Shown: positions 20,407-29,734 of the stretch, piece by piece
Position numbering within the stretch: the first letter of the stretch is position 1
How the letters are laid out: each line of letters opens with the position of its first letter
Assembly (NCBI GenBank): GCA_041603715.1
Contig: JBFIDS010000001.1
Coordinates: 1-34,284, forward strand
DNA length: 34,284 nt
Direction of reading: 5' to 3'
Source: Paraconexibacter sp.
Lineage (GTDB): Bacteria > Actinomycetota > Thermoleophilia > Solirubrobacterales > Solirubrobacteraceae
Made by a program: the position numbers and the translations under genes
The notes under the pieces: generated by a model
Seen by the model: only the letters and a program-made list of their open reading frames with translations
Told to the model about the DNA's origin: nothing
Databases searched by the model: none

Positions 20407-21392
20407 TGTACGGACTTCCCGAATCCGGCGACCCCGACCAGGGTCCCGACGAGCCGGCCGACCTCGTGGCGCGGTTCGACCGCCTGGTGGCCGCCGAGGA
20501 GCGGATCGAGCCGCGGGACTTCATGCCCGAGGCCTACCGCAAGACCCTCATCCGCCAGATCGCGCAACACGCGCACTCCGAGATCATCGGCATGCAGCCG
20601 GAGGGCAACTGGATCTCGCGCGCGCCGTCGCTGCGCCGCAAGGCCATCCTGATGGCCAAGGTCCAGGACGAGGCCGGGCACGGCCTGTACCTGTACTCGG
20701 CGGCCGAGACGCTCGGCGTCAGCCGCGAGGACCTGCTCGACCAGCTGCACACCGGCCGGCAGAAGTACTCCTCGATCTTCAACTACCCCACGCTGTCGTG
20801 GGCGGACATGGGCGCGATCGGGTGGCTGGTCGACGGCGCGGCGATCATGAACCAGGTCCCGCTGACGCGCTGCTCCTACGGGCCCTATGCACGGGCGATG
20901 ACGCGCATCTGCAAGGAGGAGAGCTTCCACCAGCGCCAGGGCTTCGAGATCATGACCACGCTCGCCCGTGGAACGGCTTCCCAGCACGCGATGGCCCAGG
21001 ATGCGCTGGACCGCTGGTGGTGGCCGTCCCTGATGATGTTCGGTCCGCCCGACGACGAGTCGCCCCACACCCAGCAGTCGGTGGCGTGGAAGATCAAGCG
21101 CTTCACGAACGACGAGCTGCGCCAGAAGTTCGTCGACGCCACCGTGCCGCAGGCCGAGGCGATCGGGCTTCGCGTGCCCGACCCCGACCTCGCGCTGGAC
21201 GAGGAGACCGGGCACTACCGGTTCGGCGCCCTCGACTGGGAGGAGTTCTGGCAGGTGGTCAAGGGCAACGGGCCCTGCAACCACGAGCGACTGGAACGCC
21301 GCACCAACGCCCATCGGGAAGGGCAGTGGGTCCGCGAGGCGGCGCTCGCCTACGCCGCCAAGCAGCGCGAGCGCGAGGCCGTAAGCGCATGA
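20406..21392 (+). CDS. paaA: Phenylacetyl-CoA 1,2-epoxidase catalytic subunit
   Basis: [33 protein letters not shown] di-iron motifs; TGATG coupling. Confidence 0.97.
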   Translation: MYGLPESGDPDQGPDEPADLVARFDRLVAAEERIEPRDFMPEAYRKTLIRQIAQHAHSEIIGMQPEGNWISRAPSLRRKAILMAKVQDEAGHGLYLYSAAETLGVSREDLLDQLHTGRQKYSSIFNYPTLSWADMGAIGWLVDGAAIMNQVPLTRCSYGPYARAMTRICKEESFHQRQGFEIMTTLARGTASQHAMAQDALDRWWWPSLMMFGPPDDESPHTQQSVAWKIKRFTNDELRQKFVDATVPQAEAIGLRVPDPDLALDEETGHYRFGALDWEEFWQVVKGNGPCNHERLERRTNAHREGQWVREAALAYAAKQREREAVSA

Positions 21393-21679
21393 GCCAGCCG
21401 GGGGAGTGGCCGCTCTGGGAGGTCTTCATCCGCGCCAAGCGGGGGCTCTCCCATCAGCACGTCGGCAGCCTGCACGCCGCCGACGCGGAGACGGCTGTCC
21501 GCAACGCGCGCGACGTGTACACCCGCCGCCAGGAGGGCGTGTCGATCTGGGTCGTCCCCGCGGCCGACATCACCGCCTCCTCACCCGACGAGAAGGACGC
21601 CTTCTTCGACCCGGCTGCCGACAAGGCCTACCGGCATCCGACGTTCTACGAGATCCCTGAAGGCGTGCAGCACATATGA
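21389..21679 (+). CDS. paaB: Phenylacetyl-CoA epoxidase subunit B
   Basis: [31 protein letters not shown]. Confidence 0.97.
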   Translation: MSQPGEWPLWEVFIRAKRGLSHQHVGSLHAADAETAVRNARDVYTRRQEGVSIWVVPAADITASSPDEKDAFFDPAADKAYRHPTFYEIPEGVQHI

Positions 21680-22446
21680 GCGCGACCGTCACCGACCAGG
21701 ACGTCGCGATCTACGCGCTGCGGCTCGGCGACGATGCCCTCGTCCTCTCCCACCGACTCGCCGAGTGGGCGGCCTCGGCGCCCGAGATCGAGGAGGACAT
21801 CGCGCTGACGAACATCGGTCTCGACCTCCTCGGTCAGGCGCGCAACCTGCTCACGCTCGCCGGCGCGCGCGAGGGCGAGGGCCGGGACGAGGACGCGCTC
21901 GCGTTCGGCCGCAACGAGCGCGAGTTCTCCAACGTCCAGCTCGTCGAGCAGCCCAGGGGCGACTTCGCCGCGACGATCGCCCGGCAGCTGCTCTTCTCCG
22001 TCTACCAACTGCCGCTCTACGCCGAGCTGACCGGGTCGGCGGACGAGGACCTCGCGGCGATCGCCGCCAAGGCCGTGAAGGAGGTCCGCTATCACCGCGA
22101 CCACGCCGCGGGCTGGCTGCTACGCCTGGGCGACGGGACCGAGGAGAGCAGCAGGCGCATGCAGGACGCCCTGGACCGGATCTGGCCGTTCCACCACGAG
22201 CTCTTCGAGACCGACGAGCTCCTCGACCGCCTCGTCGCCGCGGGGGTCGCGGCCGACCCGCAGGTCCTCCACCGCTCGTGGCTCGACGGGGTCGTGCCGC
22301 TCGTCGAGCAGGCCACGCTGCGCGTCCCGGAGGACGGTATGCGCCGGCCGACAGGCGGCCGCGCCGGCCGCCACGGCGAAGCGCTCGGGCACATGCTCGC
22401 CGAGATGCAGTGGCTGCACCGCTCCGAGCCGGGAGCCCGCTGGTGA
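21676..22446 (+). CDS. paaC: Phenylacetyl-CoA epoxidase structural subunit
   Basis: LGDDALVLSHRL, EEDIALTNIGLDLLGQAR, KEVRYH. Confidence 0.96.
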   Translation: MSATVTDQDVAIYALRLGDDALVLSHRLAEWAASAPEIEEDIALTNIGLDLLGQARNLLTLAGAREGEGRDEDALAFGRNEREFSNVQLVEQPRGDFAATIARQLLFSVYQLPLYAELTGSADEDLAAIAAKAVKEVRYHRDHAAGWLLRLGDGTEESSRRMQDALDRIWPFHHELFETDELLDRLVAAGVAADPQVLHRSWLDGVVPLVEQATLRVPEDGMRRPTGGRAGRHGEALGHMLAEMQWLHRSEPGARW

Positions 22447-22925
22447 GCACCTCCACGATCGAGCGGCTCGTCGGCGCCGTGCCCGATCCGGAGATCCCGG
22501 TGCTCACCCTGGCCGACCTCGGGATCCTGCGAGGGGTCGGCGAGCAGGGCGGGCGCCTGGTCGTGCAGCTGACGCCCACCTACAGCGGCTGCCCGGCCAT
22601 CGACCCGATCCGCGAGGAGGTCCGACGCGTCCTCGACGACGCCGGCTACGGCGAGGTCGAGGTCAAGATGGTGCTGGCACCGGCGTGGACGACGGACTGG
22701 ATCACCCCCGCGGCGCGCGAGAAGCTGCGCGCCTACGGGATCGCTCCGCCCGACCCGGTCACGCACGGCGCGGGGTGCGGCTTCATGGCTGCCGGTCCGG
22801 TCCGGTGCCCGCGCTGCAGCTCCGAGGACACCCGGCAGATCAGCGCGTTCGGCTCGACGCCGTGCCAGTCCCAGCACGCGTGCAACGCGTGTCTGGAGCC
22901 CTTCGACCGCTTCAAGAGCATCTGA
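22443..22925 (+). CDS. paaD: Phenylacetyl-CoA epoxidase subunit D
   Basis: VPDPEIP, TPTYSGCPA, WTTDWI, CPRC...C...CxxCLEPF; GTGA overlap. Confidence 0.95.
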   Translation: MSTSTIERLVGAVPDPEIPVLTLADLGILRGVGEQGGRLVVQLTPTYSGCPAIDPIREEVRRVLDDAGYGEVEVKMVLAPAWTTDWITPAAREKLRAYGIAPPDPVTHGAGCGFMAAGPVRCPRCSSEDTRQISAFGSTPCQSQHACNACLEPFDRFKSI

Positions 22926-24019
22926 TGAGCTCGCCCGTCGCCGACCCGTCGCGTCACGCGCTGCACACCTTGCAGGTCATCGACGTCCAACCGCTCACCG
23001 ACGACGCGGTCGCCGTCAGCTTCGGCGTCCCGGACGAACTGCAGGAGCTGTTCGCCTTCACCCCTGGCCAGCACGTCGCACTCGTGCGCACGCACGAGGG
23101 CGAGGAGATCCGGCGCAGCTACTCGATCTGCTCGCCGGCCGGCGGGCCGCTGCGTGTCGGGATCAAGCTCCTGCCCGGCGGCGCGTTCTCCACTTGGGTC
23201 CACGACGGCTTGCAGGTGGGCGACGAGCTCGCCGTCCTGCCGCCCTCAGGACGCTTCACCCTCACGCCGGACCCAGCCGCGCGCCGGCACGTCGTCGCGG
23301 TCGCCGCAGGCTCGGGGGTGACACCCGTGCTCTCCGTGCTCGCCTCGGTGCTGGAGGCCGAGCCCCTCAGCCGCTGCACGCTCATCTACGGCAATCGCAC
23401 GTCGCGCTCAATCATGTTCCTCGAGGAGATCGAGGACCTCAAGGACCGTCACGGTCCGCGGCTTCAGCTCGTGCACGTCCTGTCACGGGAGGCGCAGCAG
23501 GTCGAGCTGGCCAACGGCAGGATCGACGCCGACAAGATGCGACGGCTCCTCGAGACGCTGCTGCCTGCCGCCGGCGTCGATGAGTGGTTCCTCTGCGGCC
23601 CGCTCGGGATGGTCGACGACGTCCGCACGACCCTCCTGGATGCCGGCGTCGAGAAGTCGGTCATCCACCGGGAGCTGTTCTTCGCAGAGGAGGCACCACG
23701 CGCTGCTCCGCCCGCCGCCGATGGGCCGCCGAGCGCCGACGCGACGGTGGCGGTGGTGCTCGACGGTCGCCGCACCGAGCTGTCGGTCCCCCAGGACGGC
23801 CCGGCGGTCCTCGACGTCCTGCTCGCGCTCCGACCCGACGCGCCGTACGCGTGCAAGGGCGGGGTCTGCGGCACGTGCCGCTGCCGTGTTATCGAAGGCG
23901 AGGTGCGCATGGACCACAGCTATGCGTTGGAGGACGACGAGATGGCCGCCGGGATCGCGCTGGCCTGCCAGGCGCACCCGATCACCGACACCGTCGTCCT
24001 GGACTTCGACGCGGCCTGA
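22925..24019 (+). CDS. paaE: Phenylacetyl-CoA epoxidase reductase subunit (FAD/NAD + 2Fe-2S)
   Basis: RRSYSIC, AAGSGVTP, LCGP, ACKGGVCGTC...ACQ. Confidence 0.96.
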   Translation: MSSPVADPSRHALHTLQVIDVQPLTDDAVAVSFGVPDELQELFAFTPGQHVALVRTHEGEEIRRSYSICSPAGGPLRVGIKLLPGGAFSTWVHDGLQVGDELAVLPPSGRFTLTPDPAARRHVVAVAAGSGVTPVLSVLASVLEAEPLSRCTLIYGNRTSRSIMFLEEIEDLKDRHGPRLQLVHVLSREAQQVELANGRIDADKMRRLLETLLPAAGVDEWFLCGPLGMVDDVRTTLLDAGVEKSVIHRELFFAEEAPRAAPPAADGPPSADATVAVVLDGRRTELSVPQDGPAVLDVLLALRPDAPYACKGGVCGTCRCRVIEGEVRMDHSYALEDDEMAAGIALACQAHPITDTVVLDFDAA

Positions 24020-24059
24020 TGCCGCGTAACTGAAAGTCACACACCCTCTAGGAGGCCCC

Positions 24060-24485
24060 ATGCCGCTCGTCAAGATCTCTCTCAACAAGACCACCACCGA
24101 ACGTGCCCAGGCGATCGGTCGCTGTGTCTACGACGCGATGCGCGAGACCATCGGCATCCCCGAAGGGGACAACTTCCAGGTGTTCAACCACTGCGAGCCC
24201 GGCGAGCTCGTCTTCGACCCCTCGTGGCCCGGGATCGAACGCACGGACGGGTTCATGTTCATCGAGATCATGCTCGGCCGAGGCCGTGAGACGGCCGCAA
24301 AGCAGGCGCTGTTCGCTCGCATCACCGAGCTGCTCGAGGAGCGGTGCGACGTGCGACCCGAGGACGTGATGATCGGGCTCGTGGGCTGCGAGATCGACGA
24401 CATGTCGCTCGGTCAAGGACGAGCCCAGTTCGTCGAGAACCCGCCCGCTCGACTGGCCAACCAGGCCGCCGGCGACGCCGGATAG
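24060..24485 (+). CDS. Tautomerase superfamily protein (MSAD/YrdN-like)
   Basis: N-terminal Pro after Met (MPLVKI), IPEGDNFQ, GRGRETAAK, DVRPEDV; AGGAGG RBS. Confidence 0.88.
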   Translation: MPLVKISLNKTTTERAQAIGRCVYDAMRETIGIPEGDNFQVFNHCEPGELVFDPSWPGIERTDGFMFIEIMLGRGRETAAKQALFARITELLEERCDVRPEDVMIGLVGCEIDDMSLGQGRAQFVENPPARLANQAAGDAG

Positions 24486-24501
24486 GAGCGGCGCCGACTG
24501 A

Positions 24502-24525
24502 GATCCGACGGTCCTCCGTCGGATC
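24502..24525 (+). terminator. Perfect 10-bp stem hairpin ending the paaN-E-tautomerase operon
   Basis: GATCCGACGG-TCCT-CCGTCGGATC; no U-tract. Confidence 0.6.
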
Positions 24526-24570
24526 GCGCACCTGTCCTTGACGCCAGTCGACGGTCATGGCTAAGGTACG

Positions 24571-24584
24571 ACCGACCGTTCGGT
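24571..24584. promoter_or_regulatory. Third PaaR-type operator, upstream of the tautomerase-FAH-GMC-ALDH operon
   Basis: ACCGACCGTTCGGT; 24566-24587 is 21/22 identical to 16320-16341; TAAGGT -10-like hexamer at 24562-24567. Confidence 0.85.
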
Positions 24585-24621
24585 CGTAAGTAACACGCAA
24601 GCATCACGAAGAGGAGACGTC

Positions 24622-24993
24622 GTGCCGAACTACGAGTTCACCCTCACCGCCGGGTCCGCGAGCGCATCGCGCAAGCGGGAGATCGCCCAGGCCATCACCG
24701 AGGCGCACTGCCGCGTTACCGGCGCCCCCGCGGTCTACGTCAACTGCACGTTCATCGAGCTGCCCGAGGACGCCCTCTGGCAGGCGGGCGAGCTCCTTCC
24801 CGGCGCGAAGATGATCGGCCTCGTCCGACAGCGCCCCAAGGAGCTCATGGAGGAGCTGCTGCTCGCCCTGGGCCACGCGTGGGCGGAGGCCACGGGCGAG
24901 CCGTTCGACAAGGCGGCGATGGCCCTGATCGCGGTCCCCGGCCACCAGACGCTCGAGAACGGCGCCCTGCTGCCCGAGGCCGCGGATGACTGA
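24622..24993 (+). CDS. Tautomerase superfamily protein (cis-CaaD-like)
   Basis: MPNY start, IAQAITEAHCRVTGAPAVYV, C-terminal ENGALLPE; GAGGAG RBS. Confidence 0.82.
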   Translation: MPNYEFTLTAGSASASRKREIAQAITEAHCRVTGAPAVYVNCTFIELPEDALWQAGELLPGAKMIGLVRQRPKELMEELLLALGHAWAEATGEPFDKAAMALIAVPGHQTLENGALLPEAADD

Positions 24994-25023
24994 CGGACGT
25001 CACGGCCCCGACGAGGCGACGCG

Positions 25024-25983
25024 ATGAGGTTCGTGCGGCACCGCACCTCGATCGGGCCGACCCTGGCCGTCCTGGTCGACGAGGAAACCATCGCCGACCT
25101 GCCCGACGGGTCGGAGCTGGCCGCGCTGCTGGCCACCGATGGTCTGCTCCACGACGTGGGGGAGCAGGCCGTTCGCGGCGGCAAACGCTCGCAGCTGGCG
25201 GATGCCCAGCTCATGGCGCCGCTGGACCCGCCGACCTTCCGCGACTTCTCGACGTTCCCCGAGCATCTGAAGGGGGGCCTGAAGCTGCTGGACCCCGCAG
25301 CCGAGCTGCCTCCGGAGTTCTGGGAGATCCCGGCCTTCTACTTCTCGAACCCCTACGCGATCTGCGGCCCCAATGACGACGTCCCCGTCCCCCCGGGCTG
25401 CAAGCTGTTCGACTTCGAGCTCGAGGTGGGCGCCGTGGTGGGTCGCGTCGGTCAGGACCTCACCGTCGAGGCGGCCGCGGACCACATCGCAGGGTACGTC
25501 GTCCTCAACGACTTCTCGGCGCGCGACGTCCAGTTCCACGAGATGCGCATGCACCTCGGGCCGGTGAAGGGCAAGGACACCGCCACCTCCCTGGGGTCGG
25601 TCTTCGTGACCGCCGACGAGCTGGAGCCTCGCCGATCGGGGGCCTCCTTCGACCTCGAGATGGAGGTCCGCGTCAACGGCGAGCTCGTGGGCAGCGACCG
25701 GCTGGACAACATGGCCTGGACGTTCCCGGCCCTCGCGGCCTACGCCTCGCGCGCCACCACCATCCGGCCCGGGGACCTGCTGGGCTCGGGCACCTGCCAA
25801 GGCGGGTGCCTCGCCGAGCTCTGGGGCCGACACGGCTGGGACCACCACCCGCCGCTGAAGCCGGGCGACGTCGTGAGCACGACCGTCGACGGCCTCGGTG
25901 GAACCAGCAACCGCATCGTCGAAGGCCCCCAGGGTCACCCCATCACCCCCTGGGCGTCGGAGACGACGTCCACCGAGCCGTGA
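25024..25983 (+). CDS. Fumarylacetoacetate hydrolase (FAH) family protein
   Basis: FDFELE, NDFSARD, KGKD, GDLLGSGT. Confidence 0.93.
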   Translation: MRFVRHRTSIGPTLAVLVDEETIADLPDGSELAALLATDGLLHDVGEQAVRGGKRSQLADAQLMAPLDPPTFRDFSTFPEHLKGGLKLLDPAAELPPEFWEIPAFYFSNPYAICGPNDDVPVPPGCKLFDFELEVGAVVGRVGQDLTVEAAADHIAGYVVLNDFSARDVQFHEMRMHLGPVKGKDTATSLGSVFVTADELEPRRSGASFDLEMEVRVNGELVGSDRLDNMAWTFPALAAYASRATTIRPGDLLGSGTCQGGCLAELWGRHGWDHHPPLKPGDVVSTTVDGLGGTSNRIVEGPQGHPITPWASETTSTEP

Positions 25984-25993
25984 GAGATCAGCG

Positions 25994-27655
25994 ATGAGCG
26001 ACGCCCAGCAGTCGAACGAGTCCGCGGACTACGTCATCGTCGGAGCGGGCGCGGCCGGTGCCGCCCTGTCGGCACGGTTGAGCGAGGGCGGCCATCACAA
26101 AGTTGTCCTCCTCGAAGCCGGTGGATCGGATCGCGCGCAGGCGGTGAACGTCCCCGCCGCCTTCTCGCAGAACTTCAAGACCGAGCGGGACTGGGATTAC
26201 CAGACGACCCGGCAGCCGGCGCTCGAGAACCGCTCGATCTACTGGCCCCGAGGGCGGATGCTCGGCGGCAGCACCTCGATGAACGCCCTGATGTGGGTGC
26301 GCGGCTTCGCGCAGGACTACGACCGCTGGGCCGAGCTCGCCGGCACGGACTGGTCGTTCGACGCCCTCCTGCCCTACTTCCGCCGCGTCGAGCACGTCGC
26401 CGGGTCCGACGACCCCGACCACGGGACTGCGGGCGCGATCCAGATCCAGCCCCTCCGTGACCCCCTGCCCCTGACCCGCGCGTTCCTGGACGCCGCAGAG
26501 GAAGCCGGGCACGTCGTCGAAGCCGCCAACGGCCGCACCCCGGCGGGCTTCAGCCAGACGATGGTCACCATGGACCGCGGCGCCCGCTCCAGCGCGGCCG
26601 GGGGCTATCTGAAGCCGGCTCGCTCACGGCCGAACCTCGTCGTGCACACCGGCGCGCACGCCACCCGCGTGCTGTTCGAGGGCACCCGCGCCGTCGGCGT
26701 CGAGTTCGAGCAGGACGGGCAGCTCCGCACCTGCCGGGCCGGCCGCGAGGTGGTGCTCTGCGGCGGGGCGATCAACACCCCGCAGCTGCTGCAGGTCTCC
26801 GGCATCGGCGATCCCGACCTGCTGCGCTCCCACGGGATCGACGTCCTCGTCGACGCGCCCGACGTGGGACGCCACCTGCGTGACCACCTCGTGGGCTCCC
26901 TCGTCGCCGAGGTCGAGGGCGGCACCCTGCTCGACGTCACCAGTCCCCGAGCCCTCGCCAGCTACCTGCTGCGGCGGCGCGGCATGCTCACCTCGAATGT
27001 CGCCGAGGCCTACGGCTTCCTGCGCGTCGGCGACGGGCCCGGGCTGCCCGACATCGAAGTGCTCTTCGCCCCGTGCGCCTACGTCGATGAGGGCCTCAAC
27101 GGCATCCCCTCGCACGGGATCACCGTCGGGGCGATCCTGCTGCAGCCCGAGAGCTCCGGGGTCGTCGAGATCACCAGCCGCGACCCGCGGAAGAAGGCCT
27201 CGATCGACCCGCGCTACCTCTCCGACCCCGACGGACGCGACCTAGAGATCCTGACCGCCGGCCTCGAGGCCTGCGGGGAGCTCCTCGCCGCGCCGAGCCT
27301 CAAGGCGCACACCACGGGCCGATTCGTGCGTCCGCTCGGCGGTGAACGGATGAGCCCCGAGGACCGCGTGCGCGCCGCCATCACCCGTCACGCCCACACG
27401 CTGTACCACCCGGTCGGCACCGCCCGGATGGGCACTGACGGGGCCAGCGTCGTCGACCCGCAGTTGCGGGTGCGGGGCGTCGAGGGCCTGCGCGTCGCCG
27501 ACGCCTCGATCATGCCGCAGATCATCCGCGGTCACACCAACGCCCCCTCGATCGTCATCGGCGAGAAGGCCGCCGATCTGATCGCCGGCAGCGGTGCCGA
27601 CCATGCACCGACCGTCTCCCACAGCGTCGCAGCGGCAGCGTCCGCGCACCCGTGA
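25994..27655 (+). CDS. GMC-family flavin oxidoreductase (AlkJ/choline dehydrogenase-like alcohol dehydrogenase)
   Basis: GAGAAG, RGRMLGGSTSMN, YHPVGT, ADASIMP, GHTNAP; start ATG 25994; 553 aa. Confidence 0.94.
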   Translation: MSDAQQSNESADYVIVGAGAAGAALSARLSEGGHHKVVLLEAGGSDRAQAVNVPAAFSQNFKTERDWDYQTTRQPALENRSIYWPRGRMLGGSTSMNALMWVRGFAQDYDRWAELAGTDWSFDALLPYFRRVEHVAGSDDPDHGTAGAIQIQPLRDPLPLTRAFLDAAEEAGHVVEAANGRTPAGFSQTMVTMDRGARSSAAGGYLKPARSRPNLVVHTGAHATRVLFEGTRAVGVEFEQDGQLRTCRAGREVVLCGGAINTPQLLQVSGIGDPDLLRSHGIDVLVDAPDVGRHLRDHLVGSLVAEVEGGTLLDVTSPRALASYLLRRRGMLTSNVAEAYGFLRVGDGPGLPDIEVLFAPCAYVDEGLNGIPSHGITVGAILLQPESSGVVEITSRDPRKKASIDPRYLSDPDGRDLEILTAGLEACGELLAAPSLKAHTTGRFVRPLGGERMSPEDRVRAAITRHAHTLYHPVGTARMGTDGASVVDPQLRVRGVEGLRVADASIMPQIIRGHTNAPSIVIGEKAADLIAGSGADHAPTVSHSVAAAASAHP

Positions 27656-27691
27656 ACTCCATCCTTCGCCGCCTCGAGAAAGGCTGACCTC

Positions 27692-29101
27692 ATGCCAACC
27701 ACCTCATCCACCGCGACGCCCCCGAACGCCGCCTCCGCCGCGTCCCCCGCGGACGTCGTCGCCCGCCTGCGCGCGACCTTCGCCACCGGCCGCACCCGCG
27801 ACCTCGAGTGGCGGCGCCGCCAGCTGGAGGGCATTGAGCGGCTGGTGTCCGAGCAGGAGCCCGCGATCGCCGAGGCCATGGCCGTCGACCTGGGCCGCAC
27901 GCCGCACGACACGTGGCTCGGGGACCTCGCGCCCACGAAGTCCGAGGCTGCCTATGCGCGCAAGCACCTTGGTCGCTGGACCAAGAAGCACCGGGTCGCC
28001 CTGCCGGCCGTGCAGCTGCCCGGCAGCGCGCACTACCGTTTCGAACCGCTGGGGACCGTGCTCGTCATCGGGCCGTGGAACTACCCGGTCTACCTGACCC
28101 TGAGCCCGATGGTCGGCGCCCTGGCGGCGGGCAACGCCGTCGTCCTCAAGCCCTCCGAGCACGCACCGGCCACCTCCGCGCTGCTCGCCCGGCTCGTCCC
28201 GCAGTACCTCGACGCGGACGCTGTCGCGGTCGTCGAGGGCGAGGCGGATGTCACGCAGGCGCTGCTGGCCGAAGGCCTCGACCTCGCCTTCTTCACCGGC
28301 GGTCCGGAGATCGGCAAGAAGGTGATGGCGGCCGCGGCCGAGCACCTCACCCCGGTCGTGCTCGAGCTCGGCGGCAAGTGCCCGGCCATCGTCACGGCCG
28401 ACGCCGACCTCGACGCGACCGCCCGGCGTCTGGTCTGGACGAAGATGCTCAACCACGGCCAGACCTGCATCGCGCCGGACTACCTGCTGGTGGAGGACTC
28501 GGTCAGGGAGCGGCTGATCGGCAAGGTGCTCACGTGCTACCGCGAGTTCCGCGAGGGCGACACCTCCGGGGTCCGCATCGTCAACGAGCGACAGTTCGAC
28601 CGCCTGGTCGGGCTGCTCGACGGCCACGGCGGGCAGCTCATGATGGGCGGCGGGTACGACCGCGACGCGCTCGCGATCGAGCCGGCGGTCATCGTCGACC
28701 CCGACCTCGACTCGGCGCTGATGACGACCGAGATCTTTGGGCCGCTGCTCCCGGTCATCACGGTCGACTCGCTCGACGACGCGATCCGCCACGTCAACGC
28801 GGGGTCCAAGCCGCTGGCCGCCTACGTGTTCTCCAGCTCGTCGGAGACCGGGGAGCGGGTGACCGCCGAGGTCCCGGCGGGGGCGATGGTGATCAACCAC
28901 GCGATGATGCACTGCCTGATCCCGCAGCTGCCGTTCGGCGGGGTCGGCACCAGCGGCATGGGCGCCTACCACGGCAAGTGGGGCTTCGAGGCCTTCAGCC
29001 ACCGGAAGGCCGTGCTCTCGAAGACCACCAAGCCCGACCCGTCGCTGATGTACCCGCCCTACTCCGCGCTCGAGCAGAAGATCATGCGCAAGATGCTCTG
29101 A
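27692..29101 (+). CDS. Aldehyde dehydrogenase (class 3/AlkH/CalB-like)
   Basis: PWNYP, KPSE, ELGGKCP, GQTCIAPDY, EIFGP, PFGGVGTSGMGAYHG. Confidence 0.95.
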   Translation: MPTTSSTATPPNAASAASPADVVARLRATFATGRTRDLEWRRRQLEGIERLVSEQEPAIAEAMAVDLGRTPHDTWLGDLAPTKSEAAYARKHLGRWTKKHRVALPAVQLPGSAHYRFEPLGTVLVIGPWNYPVYLTLSPMVGALAAGNAVVLKPSEHAPATSALLARLVPQYLDADAVAVVEGEADVTQALLAEGLDLAFFTGGPEIGKKVMAAAAEHLTPVVLELGGKCPAIVTADADLDATARRLVWTKMLNHGQTCIAPDYLLVEDSVRERLIGKVLTCYREFREGDTSGVRIVNERQFDRLVGLLDGHGGQLMMGGGYDRDALAIEPAVIVDPDLDSALMTTEIFGPLLPVITVDSLDDAIRHVNAGSKPLAAYVFSSSSETGERVTAEVPAGAMVINHAMMHCLIPQLPFGGVGTSGMGAYHGKWGFEAFSHRKAVLSKTTKPDPSLMYPPYSALEQKIMRKML

Positions 29102-29112
29102 CCGTCCGGGCG

Positions 29113-29149
29113 CCGCGGCCGGCCGCACCTCGCGGAGCGGCCGCCGCGG
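29113..29149. terminator. GC hairpin between convergent ALDH and tautomerase genes
   Basis: CCGCGG-(C)-CGGCCGC ... GCGGCCG-CCGCGG. Confidence 0.45.
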
Positions 29150-29159
29150 ACCGGCGGGA

Positions 29160-29648
29160 CTAGGCCGGGACCGTGCTTGCCTCGGCCAGGCGCCGTGCAG
29201 CCGAACGGACTCGCTCGTCGGTCACGCCGAGCAGGTCGACCGTCTGCGCCGCGCGCACGATCTGGCCCTCCAGTGCCCAGGTCCCGTCGATCCCCTCTTC
29301 GATCATGCAGAAGATGCGCGGCTGGTCGGTGGGCAGCTCGGGGTCCGCGGCACGGATGAGGCTGCTCACGTCGGCGGCGACGGCCTGCTTGTGCTCGTCG
29401 TCGAGGTAGCCCTGCTGACAGCGGACGATGACCCGGTAGCGCGGGTCGTCATGGTCGGCGACCTCGCCGCCGACGAGGAGGGTGCCGGCGGGCTGCTCGT
29501 GGATGTAGACCCACGCGATGGCCCGGTTCTCCGGGGTGTCGGGGATCTGCTCGTGGCCGAGGACGACGCGGCTGATCTCGGCACCGAGCTTCTGCTGGGC
29601 CTCGGCGTCGAGGCGTCCTGCTTGTACGTACATGTCGATGAGCGGCAT
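29160..29648 (-). CDS. Tautomerase superfamily protein (fused 4-OT-like, two beta-alpha-beta units)
   Basis: MPLIDMY start, AWVYIHE...LLVGG, second unit ending GTWALEG; AAGGAG RBS. Confidence 0.8.
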   Translation of the reverse strand: MPLIDMYVQAGRLDAEAQQKLGAEISRVVLGHEQIPDTPENRAIAWVYIHEQPAGTLLVGGEVADHDDPRYRVIVRCQQGYLDDEHKQAVAADVSSLIRAADPELPTDQPRIFCMIEEGIDGTWALEGQIVRAAQTVDLLGVTDERVRSAARRLAEASTVPA

Positions 29649-29715
29649 CGAGGTCTCCTTGGTCGTCGCTGGTCCGGCAGGGAGTCCCCACCGGTGACCT
29701 CAACTCTCCCGCGCT

Positions 29716-29734
29716 GAGTTCAGGAAGTCAACTC
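29716..29734. promoter_or_regulatory. Putative HxlR operator upstream of the tautomerase, overlapping the hxlR stop
   Basis: GAGTT-CAGGAAGTC-AACTC palindrome; 15/16 inverted match to 30239-30254; contains minus-strand TTGACT (-35-like). Confidence 0.7.
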
